A stretch of DNA of 64,000 bases from positions 23,745,899-23,809,898 of the forward strand of contig OZ316891.1 of the NCBI GenBank assembly GCA_973895155.1. Direction: 5' to 3'. The position numbers were made by a program, and so were the translations under genes. Positions within the stretch are counted from its first letter, which is position 1, and the number at the start of each line of letters is the position of its first letter. Below are positions 48,401 to 59,050 of this stretch, one piece after another. A model generated the notes under the pieces. The model saw only the letters and a list, made by a program, of their open reading frames with translations. It did no database searches and had not been told where the DNA came from. This DNA is from Marsupella aquatica (taxonomy: Eukaryota; Plantae; Marchantiophyta).

Positions 48401-50311
48401 TGGCCCCATGAAATAACATGCAATCATTCACACATGCATGAACAATATGATATTCCATGCCAATAGATGAGAGAACACTCTTTGCCTCCTTCCAAGTTGC
48501 TGGCAACACATTCTCAGTGGGCAACATAAGGTCATGGCAAAGTGCAAACATATCAGATAACAAGACATTGCTTGCCTTGTGTTTGGCCTGTAGGTTCATC
48601 AACCCCAAGATGGCTGAAAGACGACTCAAACGAGCACCCTCATAGATAGGTGTTCGGGCATGTTCCTCTGCTTCTTCCCATTGGCGTTGTCCCTCAGGGG
48701 TATGTCTTGGGCGTGGATCATTGGGGGGCACCTGCCCTTCATTGGGAAGGTCATCACCAAGGTTGTCGGCACCAAACCAATCAACCATAAAGTCATCCAT
48801 GGCTCTATCCTGGTCATCAGTTACTTGTTCATCCGTCCAAGGTACCTCTTCATCAGGGTTACTGCTTCCACTAGCACTTGATGAGGAGTGTGACTCTAAT
48901 CCATGTCCTTCTTCTGGCATACCCATTTCTCGATATGTTGCTCTCAATCTCCGTGGTAACATATTTGGAGAGGGTCGCACATTCTAAAAACAAAGCAAAC
49001 AATTGAAAGTTATATTGCAAAGAGAACACACACAAAAATGGGCTAGGGGTGTGCAAAAATGAAATAATATTGGTTGTGGTGCAAATACAAAATGTGGCCA
49101 AAGGCATATGTAGTGTCCTTTGATATACAACATACCACCTATGACCCTTAACTTAACCCTAATCCCACTCATAGTGAGTAAATAACTCATCCCCTGAGTT
49201 AATGGTCCTTGTTGCTACAACTAGGCAATGGTCATGATGATATGTCTGGCCATAAGGTGCTGGCGGAGGACCCTCAATGAAAACCCACTCACAATTTTGC
49301 CTACGCTTAGGGCGAGTCCCCACGGTACTGTTTATGAAACCAACAATATTCCCAGTCCGTATGGGGTCCCCATCTATGACACGCTGCTCACTATACCTTC
49401 TAGTGTTTCCATCAAAAGTATCCATGTCCAATGCATAAGTCTTCCACTCAGGGTGTTGTGCAAGGATCATGTTCCAATGTCTTCTCTTGTAGATGGGTCC
49501 ACCATAAGGAAACAAAGTAGGCCCCTCTCGGCCGCGTCCACCTCTACCACTCTCGGCGTCCACAATGATGTCCTCACAGGCAAAAACTCCATAGCCATGT
49601 CTATCCCCAAGTGTGGAAGGTTTGATAACCCAACATCTACCCCAAACCTCTACCTCCGCACCGTAGGAAAGCTGTTGTGGCAAACCAAAAGTCTCAGGAT
49701 CCCAGTCCTTGATGACAGGGACACATATGCCAGTGAACTCACAATCACCCCACCGACCCGTAACCACTGCCTTGTACAAATCAGTATCCCCTCGGGCCTG
49801 CCTCTTGGAACGCTTTCTCCCTCTTGGGACAATAGCCTCAACCCCAACTTCCCTAGGACTGGTGGGCCTTGCCGCTAGACCCAAGGCTTTTGAGAATGCA
49901 TTGCCTATAGCATCTAGAACACCTTGTGATGGGACATAGGGTGCTTGTGCCGCAGGTCTAGGCCTATTGGATACCTATTCCACCGAAACCAAAACAAACA
50001 AAAGTAGGTGTGAAATTGCAAACCTTCAACCATTGAGTAATGGGAATAGGGTAGGAAAACTAAGGCATAACACTTACCATATGAGATGAAGAAGCCCCTG
50101 CCGTATGACGTCCACAACGCCCATATCTCTCAATATGTTGGGCACATATGTAAGATTTTTGGGAAACCTGACCCACACATTTGGAACATTCACAAAGTTG
50201 ACGGGGTGGACCGCGAGGAGGAGGTGCGGTCGTGTGATGTTGAGGTGGAGGTGGTGTATCTTCATCAGAGGAGGACGAGTCTATGGTGGAGATTTCAAAA
50301 GATGAAGACAT
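45491..50311 (-). pseudogene. tnpD: TnpD-type CACTA transposase, spliced (exons ~50311-50078, 48983-47810, 47692-~46229, 45980-45491); frameshift near 47295 and stop at 46657
   Basis: Exon 1 has a CECSKC...H..RYG transposase-associated motif. Then PIYEGA, HACVNDCMLF, RHVRLGLASDG, YNLPPW, HDYPG, LDPMHIEGN, FPTGY, KTHDYH, PPSFFD..VHL.VHL, RWMY..ER, EGSI and FKCKW/EPF (Transposase_21, DUF4218 and DUF4216-like). GT-AG sites preserve frame. Confidence 0.92.
49159..49974 (-). CDS. SET-domain (lysine methyltransferase-like) exon inside the first transposase intron; with exon 1 gives ~349 aa
   Basis: IKPSTL..HGYGVFACEDI, YGG, IDGD...GNIVGFINS...NC and LVVATRTINSGDELFTHY. Acceptor AG at 49976-49975 is in phase 0 with the exon-1 donor. 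Frame open to the stop at 49159. Confidence 0.85.
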   Translation of the reverse strand, partial: VSNRPRPAAQAPYVPSQGVLDAIGNAFSKALGLAARPTSPREVGVEAIVPRGRKRSKRQARGDTDLYKAVVTGRWGDCEFTGICVPVIKDWDPETFGLPQQLSYGAEVEVWGRCWVIKPSTLGDRHGYGVFACEDIIVDAESGRGGRGREGPTLFPYGGPIYKRRHWNMILAQHPEWKTYALDMDTFDGNTRRYSEQRVIDGDPIRTGNIVGFINSTVGTRPKRRQNCEWVFIEGPPPAPYGQTYHHDHCLVVATRTINSGDELFTHYEWD

Positions 50312-51986
50312 ATCCCTTGTAACAAGATATAATTAAAATGGGCATGTTATGACCAAAACATACCACAAAATGATATAAATCAAAGTTCCCAAATAATGAT
50401 GACAAGAAACCCAAACCAAAATGACCATAGCAATAAAAAAGGTACCTTTATGAGACCCGGGCTCAGCAGTGCCAATAGGTCTTGTGGCTCTAAGATAATT
50501 AATGAACCCAATCTGAAAGTATGAGGGAAAAGCTGCAACCATTCCATGTATATGTAAGCACAATAATCTGGACCAGACAAGAACAAAAAACCCTATATAC
50601 ATGTCCCCTTTATACATAGTGGCAACCAAAAGTGTTAAGTACATGAAAGGAACACTTTAGCCGATCATGCAATGTTTACCTTTCAGATGCCCGGGCTCTC
50701 ACAATGCATATGCATTAGTATCAAATCATCAAAAAGTGCCGCACCCTGCAAGCTATCATATATTCCCCTCCTTTGTTAGCAAAACCCACGCCAATCCCCT
50801 TTTGATTCATAAACCCAATGAACCTCTCTTAAACCCAAAAGGCTGCAATATAAATCTCATGAAACCTTGCTTTGTCTTATCCAAACCTTCAACCCCAAAC
50901 CGCATCCTACCTATTAAACCTAAATCTGACTTACACACAAACCCAAACCTTTCTTCAACCCTAGAGACCTTTCTATTTAAAAACCCCAAACCCTAAAACC
51001 CTAAACCCAAACCCTACTTATTTCTTGTAAACCAAATCCCACACCTTTATTATTTCTTCTAAACTAATGTAAACCCAAACCTTAGCCTAAACCAACACCA
51101 TACATAACCCATTAACCTGAAATCTGCCTAACCCTGCAAACTCGCCTTCAACTATTATCTAACACCCAAAACATGGCCAAAAAGCATTCCAAATATGAGT
51201 ATAGAGGGGTCCACTTCACCTTTGAAAAAAACCCTTTCAAATGAAACCAACATTCCCCCAGGACGAGTTGCCAATGTCTTGCGAAGCCGCTTCCTTCGCA
51301 AATACCATCACAAATTAGAATTGAGGTTTGCGAAGCTGCTGCTTTCGCACGACCTTCAGAAAAACAGAGCCCGAGAGCATTTCTACGAGAGAGCGAAGGT
51401 GTTGCAAAGCCTTTCACGTCGCAATGGTTTCGCAAAATTGAGAAACTATATGCGAAACAAGAAGAATCGCAAATTGCAAAACGGGTTGCTTTGCAAGTCT
51501 TTCCCGCTTGTACTTTTGCACTCGGCCGCGGCGTACTCAGCGGCATTTGACAAATTTCAAGCGTAGGGAGGGAGAAGGGAGCTCGCGCGCGCTCGGGGGG
51601 TGGCTTGGCTATGGATTCCAGTGGAGCAAATGGAGGTGATGGGGCAGGGGTGAGTGACAGTGGCAATGGGAATGAAGGCAATGGGGAGCAGGAGAGGAAT
51701 CGATGGACCGATTTGATGGCTGAGCACCTCAATGCAGCACAGTTGAGCCACTTAGATTTGACTACACCAGCAAGGATTGCTTCTTTGAGTGCAATCCTTG
51801 GGCAAGCCTTGCAAACGGGAGTAGATGCAGGGAACATTGCAAGGGAGGAGGAGCAAAGGAGTGCAGCTCAACAGAAGGCAAGAGAGAAGAAGCGTAAGAA
51901 GGAGGAGAGGGCCAAGGTAGGAGTAGTCTCACCTGCTGCCCTAGAAAAGAAGAGGAGGAGAGAGGAACGAGATGAGATAAGAGCAC

Positions 51987-54900
51987 TGTGGTGCGTCCCA
52001 TGGCTCCCTAAACCCAAGAAACCCCCCCAGCACAAGCCGATTCCCGCAGGTTTCGCGCTTGGCGGGGCCGTTTCCGTGGCTTAGCGGCATGGGACGCTGC
52101 TAACTTCTTCCTCTACATCTATTAACATTTTACACACATATACTGGACAGATCCTTCATCGGGTCATGAGATATGAAGCCGGCCTACTCTAGGCCTTCCC
52201 TTATCTTTCTCTCCTTCTGGTTAGGTATATTTGGATTTCGCCGCCGGAATGATCCCCAATAGGCTTGGTTAAGCCGCTAAGACCTCTCTCAACTCGACAC
52301 ATCCAACTCTCACTCCCTTGCTTACCTTCCTTTCCCTATTAGTTGATGTGGGCACTCTTCACACAAGTTAATGCGACACACAAATAGTAAAATGACTCCT
52401 TCTGACTGAGTCATACCATGCACTTGCCATACAAACAGTACATCTCATACACAAGCTCTGCGAACTAAGCCGTGAGGCCAACTCTATTCAGCTCTTAGGC
52501 ATGAGGAAACATGAATATACACAAGGTCATGGTATGACTAACCGAGAGCTTCTCTTACTACTTGATCCCAGCCCGGCTGGTGCAAACTAAAAACTTGCTA
52601 AAGAAGAGGCCCTGAGCTCCCCGCAGCCTAGGTATTTATCCTGGTAGCGGATCCGCCTAATTCTTTGCAGCGTAAGCCTAATCTACCTAACAGTAATCTA
52701 CCTGTCCGGAGCTACCTATGTACAGCAAGGCAGGGGCACAAGTGTTGCTCCTACCAGTGGAACCGCAATCCCACTAAGCTAAGTGTCAGGGCCACTCCTG
52801 GTCCTGATCCTAATCTTAAACCTGGAGATCAGCGCCCGCCCGGCCCACTCACGCCTCCTACCTCCACGTCCGCCCTTCCTAAAAGGAACGGCGCCCTTGC
52901 ACCGTCACGATACCGGTGGTGGATCCTCAATGGACGCCCCCAACGCTTCCTCCTCAGCCACTGCCGTTGGCCCGCCTACTGACAGATTACCTGCCCTTGA
53001 CCGAGTCAACTCTCCCTCGGCCTGACTGGGTCCATCTTCGGCTTCGGCCTCGACACCAGCCTCGGCAATACCCACGGCTTCGGCTTCAGCCACTCCCACG
53101 GCTTCGGCTTCACCTTCTTCTAGGGTAGTTGGATCCTTAGCCGTGACCCTGTCTGGGGTCGGTGCTGGGTCTACCTCCTTGGTCACCACGGCCTGTGGAG
53201 TCGTATTACTCCTTGACCCAGAAGGTTTCCGCTTCTTCTTCATTGCCGGCTCGGCAGCTGGTCCCTTCCCCTTCCCACTTACTTTCAGCACTGGTGCAGG
53301 TGGCGCGGTTTGTTCTTCGGCCAGTACCACTCCTGGTAACTGGTTCGCCCCAACGGGAGATGGACCTGCTGCAGCTAAGCATTTAAATACTGCGGCTTGT
53401 TTCTTTAGCCGCTCTGTTTGGTTGTTGGCCCGCCGCTGTAGGTTCTCCATCTTCCTCGTGATTTCCTCCAACTCCTCTTGGGTCTCATCCAGGTCCTTAC
53501 GTGCCCCCTCCAGCTCTTTGTGGGCTTCCTCCTGCTCTTTGTGGGCTTCTTCCAATTCCTTCTTCAAGGTAGCCCTCTCCTCCTGGGTTGCTCTTAGCTC
53601 TTTGTCGAGCTCTGTCACGATTTCAGACTCCATTTTATCCATCTTGGCATAAGTCTGACCGAGCATATCGTCCTTCTCCTTTAGGTCGGCTTTGAAGCTG
53701 GCCGTTAGGGATGCAAGCTCCTGCTGCAGCGCAATAATCCCTTGATAGGATTTCCCTAACTCGGCCTCCTTCTGCTCAAGGGCTCCGCGGCTTTTCTCGA
53801 GCTCCCCCTTCAACGCCCATTCCTTTCTTTGGGTCTCCGCCATGACCCGGTTGTTGACTGCTATATGGGCCTCCTCTGCGTTTCTCAGCTCCTTCTTCCA
53901 TTTCTCCCTGTCCTTGATTGCGTCGGCCAATTCTCCCTGGGCCTGAGTCAGTTTATCCTTGATAATCTGACTATCCGACTGCGCTATGTCCAACTGCCCC
54001 TGCATGATATTTAGCTCATGCCGTTTAATCCGCAGCTCATCTTGGGCTTTCTTGGCCGTCCTTAGATCTTCAATCTCGGCTTCCATCCTCCTAAGCCGCC
54101 GGATGACCTCGTCCTTCTTGCTTCTCTCTAAAGCCACCGCTTCTTCTAATTGGTGCTTCTCCAACTGCTCCCTATGGAAAAAGGGTCCTACCTCCAACTC
54201 CTCCCCAAAGATGCCGAGCGCAAGTTCCCCACACATCTCACCATACTCCATGGCTCTATTCTTAGCGTAGGTGGAGTAAGTAGAAGTGATCGGCTTCGCC
54301 CAACGCGGCCTCTGCTCCCAAGCCGTCTTGCGGATCTCTTCAATCGTGGCTAGAGGTTTGCTTCCTTTTTCGGCTAGCCGCCTGATGTCCTCCGGCCAAT
54401 CTCCTCCTGGTAAATCCTTTTCCCTAGCCAGGGCTGCCTCCTCTCCCTGCCTGATTCGCTCCTGAAATTCCTGCACTGTCTGTTTTATGCCGTCAAAGCT
54501 CGGGGGAGCAACATATGGTGGAGGAGACTCAGGGCTACTCTGCTGGTTGGGGTCCCCTCGTACTACCCTTGGAAGTGTGGGGATAAACCAGCCACAGGTC
54601 CTTACTCCTGGAACGTGATGGTCCGACCCATAGCCGGAGTTATCATGGCCGCAGTCCTCCATTGCCTCCTCTACTTCTTCTACTTCCGGCTTCTCCCTCT
54701 CTTCTTCGTTGGTAGGAGCTTCCGGCAATTCTGCCTCAGATTCAGAGCTTGAGACTCCGGTAGAGGGGTTTTCCCTTCTAAGTCTGCTTAAGTTGACCTC
54801 TGGGGCAGTGTCCTGCATTGTTGCCATTGTCGTTGTCGTTGTCGTTGCCGATCTCCTTTCTTTCTCCAGTAGTTTCAGCAGATTCTGCATGCCTGGTTGC

Positions 54901-56567
54901 TGCATCGGCAAGTTTTCCTTCCTTGGCTTAAACACCTGCTCAATCGTAGGGCTAACAGGTGGTTGAGGCTTTTCTGCTACCGGCCTCGGTGCTGGAGCTT
55001 CCTCGGGTGCCCTTACCTGCAGGGGAAGTACTGGGGCAAAGGTCTGACCTCTGGCATACCGGCACAACAGCGGCATGTGATAGCCAAGCCATGACACGCT
55101 CCCCATGCCGATTACCTGCTGCTCCTCCTTTAGGATCTTCTTCAATTGGTTGAGGAGGTAGCCGTTGTAGTCCCGGCTTGGGTCTGGCCTTTCTGCCAGA
55201 TAGACTTGTGCCTTGCCGATCTCCGCTCTCGGCAAGTTATAATGCATGGTTACCCGCAAGAAGTCGATCATCTCTCCTATGTGCGGGTTGGTGCAGGTGT
55301 TTCTGAAGAAGCCATTCTTCGTTGATGGTCCGGGAAACGACCGGAACTCCTTGTCAGGCAAGGTCTTCCTGGTATCAACCTTGGTCTTATTGCCTATCGG
55401 CAAGCCAAACACTTCGGCAATTACCTTGGGAGTAAGATAGAAATCCTTCCCATATATTCTTGTGCAATTGGTCTCGGGTTCCCATGACCCCACGAATTCT
55501 AATAGGTCTGAATCCGGTACCTCCGACTTCAGCCATGGTAATCTTACAAAGGCCTCTAAGCCAGATCCGGCCATGAAGCCTTGGTACATCTTGGTCTGCA
55601 TGGCCGTAAAGCATGCATCCTCCTCCCTTGCAAAATGTAGTTGCACCTCCACCGGTAGAGTTGCCGCCCAGCCCTTCCAGGTGTCATCCCTGGTTGGAAT
55701 GGCTTTAATGGGATCGACCTCCTCTACTTCGGCTTCTCCTTGCCTCCTGCTCTGCTGTTCGGCTGGCTTTGTTGGTGCCGCCGACCTCGTTCTTTTGGCC
55801 GGGGTGGTTTCATCATTGACGGCTCCCTTCCTCTTCATCTCGGCTGCCGTGGAGGTTTCTCCTAACACCGTTGCCCGGTTCCACCTTTCTGTGCTACCCT
55901 TCAATTCCCAGTGTATGTCGTTGCAGTTCTTGATGGCCTCTCGAATGCCGATGATTCTGTCTTTGCAAAACAGAAGATCATCGAGCTGATTGGAAGTAGG
56001 CGTCCACAAGAACTCGGCCTTGATAAGTTCGCCTCCTAAGAAAGCCGTTTTCTGCAGCTCCCACAATCGAGCGAGCTCCTGTCATTCTCAAGCTGCCCTT
56101 TCTGATTCTTCGTCCTTGTAAGTCTTGATGTACTCAGTTGCCCGTTCGAACAGGCATCCCCAGAAATGTGCCGCTTGATTGACGTTGCTCATACCCTCCT
56201 TAGGTCGATCGTCGGTATCTACTCTCTCCCCGAGTGCTTGCCTAAATAGCTGACAGTAGTTGGCCTCCCGTAGTCGTCTGCCTAGTTCGTGCTCGCAAAT
56301 GAGCCACCATCTTCTGCGAGCGCTCCTTACCCCTCTCCTCTTCCGGCCCTTCCTCCCGTTGATCCTTCCCAGCCGCCGATGCTTAGCGCGCCCTAACCCT
56401 AATCGAGTTTTCACCCCCAGTGTTTTTACCTCCGGCCTTGGCCCGGGTTCCATAGTTGCCCCTAATTATTTATATTTTCTTGTTTTGTCCCTATACTAAG
56501 GTGTTTCCAGGGTGTATTCTTGCTTTACCTACTTAACTGGCCGAGTGATTCCTGGCTAGGCATCACA
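51987..56567 (-). mobile_element. solo LTR D of the main family (4581 bp)
   Basis: Family termini, TSD AGCAC (51982-51986 / 56568-56572), no adjacent PBS, PPT or gag. Confidence 0.95.
52905..56453 (-). pseudogene. LTR-encoded protein in solo LTR D (1182 codons; two neighbouring CGA>TGA stops near 56082-56090; 1053 codons uninterrupted)
   Basis: ORFs 56088..56453 and 52905..56066 are in frame. Confidence 0.88.
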
Positions 56568-58419
56568 AGCACAGCGGGAGGAGCAGTGAAAGAAGGAGGA
56601 AGAGAGGAAGAAGCTGCCTATGATTGCCTTGATCGAAGGCATTCCTACTGAACTGGCCTACACCGGGGCAAAGAGCACTATCAGGCTTATGGTGCGCTCC
56701 AATTTTGCACGAGGAGTTGAGTGGGGGAAACTCAGCAAGGCAGACCAGAAGAAAGGAATGAGTCAAATCAAAGATTCATTTCGAAACGGAGCAAAGATTG
56801 ATGAACAGTGGCTTGCAGATAGAATTTCCAATTCAATGTCTCAAGCACGGTACCATGATAGGAAGAAGGTAAGGGCCTACCTGGCAAACTTGGAGGAGTA
56901 CAGAAACGTGAGGAGGCCACTGCAATTCACTGAGGACATGTGGAATGCCTTTTACAAAGTGGAGGTGCAGATGAGAGCTGCCAGGAACCTTCTCTTCTGG
57001 AAGGAGATGGAAGCCAAGGCACAGAAGGCCGGGAAGTCCGACCGAGAGCTCAAGGCAATGGCTGAGAAAGTGTCTCACATGCAGCACATTGTGGATGAAG
57101 TGGGTGCACCACCCCAAAAATTCATCCTTGCAGCTGAGCGAGTCAGCAAACGGCCCAAGACCACGCACAAGATGGGCCAAGGTGGACTTCCCGGCCTCAA
57201 AGCACACTTTGTGAGTGGGCCCTCTCCTCTCCTCCCCTGCTTCTGTTTCCTTGCTTTCAATTGCTATCCAAACCTGCAATGCCCCCCTGCATACCTCTTG
57301 TTTCTTTCTTACGGCCTGCCTTGTACTTTAGGTCACCCTGACACATTGCGTGCCTTAGAGATTTCTCGGAATTTTTTAAAAACAGAGTTTGCAAAGCTTT
57401 TGCGATGCGGGTTGCTTTGCAAATGTTTCGCAAAGTCTATCATGGCATTTTTTAAAGTTGTAAATGCGAAGCTATTGCAAAATAATTCGCTTCGCAAACT
57501 ACTTCGCAAACAGCCAATTTATTTGAATTTGCGAAGTGGGGAGTTTTGCAAGTGTGTATTATGTTTAAAAAAAACCGCTAAGGGTTATTGAGCCCAGTTT
57601 TGTGTTAGGGGGCACCCTATTAGCACCTCCATGCATTTTTCTTGGGTTTATAGCATATTAACCTCGATTGATTTTGGTTTTGGAATGTTTGGTTGTGGTA
57701 GTATAAGAGGTACCGCAGGAAGATAACAGCAAAAGAGATGGAGATAGGATCTGCGCATGGAGCCAAACATCTCTTTGACTTGGTTGACGCAGAGTTGGCA
57801 ACTATAAGTGCATGTATCCCCTTCAGTTTTTCCCACCCAATCCACTTATCTTTTCATTCCGTAAACCTAAACCAATTTGGCGTTGTGCTGTGCAAACAGG
57901 ATGATGAGGATGCCAGTGATACCAGCAGCACCGATGAGAACAATGAGGGGACCACGACAAAGGGGCCCAAGGTAGGAGGGAGTAGTGGATCTGGACCAGT
58001 AGGAGGAGTTTCCCAGCAGGAGGGGGAGGAAGAGGATGAGGACGAGGACGAGGAGGAACCAGATGTGGAGGAGCAGCCAGCACCACCTCCTGTGCCACGT
58101 CCGGATCGTCGCAAGAGGGACAAGGGGAAGAGGCCGGCGACAAGGAGTAGGAGGACCCCATTCTAGAGCTTGGTGGTGTAGTGCCTATGGGATGCCCATT
58201 TACTTAGTGTCGTATATAGTTTTGATATGGGTAGTCTTATAGGGACCTAGCTTGTCATATGACACCCATCTAGGGTTTAGGGTTTAGGAAACCCTAATTT
58301 TTGTGTACCTATCAATTTTCTATAAAGCAATTTTGATTCAGACCTCATTCTCCGTGTTGGACAACAAGACCCCAACCATAATTCAAAACTCTAAATCTAA
58401 ACCCTAGCCTCAAGACATC

Positions 58420-58849
58420 TTGCGAAACCTATGCGAACAACCCAATTCGCATATTTACCATATTGAAGGTATCGCAAACATTATGCAAACCACATACGTT
58501 CACAAAAATGTGAAGCCATGTTCATGGCATAACTACCATTAACTTAATATCGCAAGCCGATTACCAAACTTCTGGGATTGCAAATATTTAACTGCTTGAT
58601 TATTATCGCAAGCCTCTCGCGACGCCCACGGAGTTGCTTAAATGTGAGTCCTTTGCGATTCTATTAGTGTCGCAAGTTGCGAAGGCATTGCAAAGGTCTT
58701 GCGAAAGACCGGATGCGAACCTTTGGGCTTCGCAGTTTGCGATTCTATTGCAATGCGCGATACTTCGCAAAGGCGAGTTTTGTTTTTTGATTTCCTTTGT
58801 TGTTTGCGATGCTTTCAAGTTCGCAAAAGGTGTAGGTAGTGTTGTAGTG
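58420..58849. repeat. CACTA subterminal repeat region and right TIR
   Basis: Many TTCGCAA / TTGCGAA motifs in both orientations, ending in TAGTG followed by ATT. Confidence 0.8.
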
Positions 58850-59050
58850 ATTCCTCCAGCAATCCATGCATTTGCATAGTATCCTCAATCCTCGCAATTT
58901 TCTTTTTGAATTTTCTAGTAGTTTCACACACTCTCACATAAGAAATTCGACAATGCAAGCTTTTACCTTCAAATGAGCTTGCCAACAAACTATTCACATT
59001 CCAAGCCATCAGCGGGTCATCAGAGACGGCATCCCGCCATCCCGCATTGT

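Larger units (their letters stand above)
51611..58166 (+). pseudogene. TnpA/Ptta-like CACTA second gene, spliced, interrupted by solo LTR D
   Basis: 51611..51986 joins 56573 onward in frame (EIRA|QREEQ*KKEEE...MIALIEG). HKMGQGG resembles the En/Spm Ptta motif. Donor GTGAGT at 57211; further exons near 57701-57803 and 57900-58166 with an acidic tail. Confidence 0.6.
45183..58849. mobile_element. CACTA (En/Spm) DNA transposon; right TIR present, left end not found
   Basis: TnpD-type transposase, a TnpA-like second gene, subterminal TTCGCAAA/TTTGCGAA repeats, and an end GTTGTAGTG at 58849 (revcomp CACTACAAC). The left boundary is approximate. Confidence 0.85.

Noticed and set aside
51605-52084. 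159-aa ORF as a complete chimeric gene
   Set aside because: Its last ~30 codons are read-through into solo LTR D; the real frame resumes at 56573.
58270-58297. Telomere or interstitial telomeric array (also near 44996-45010 and 50987-51017)
   Set aside because: Only 2-4 imperfect units, typical telo-box motifs of plant TEs and promoters.
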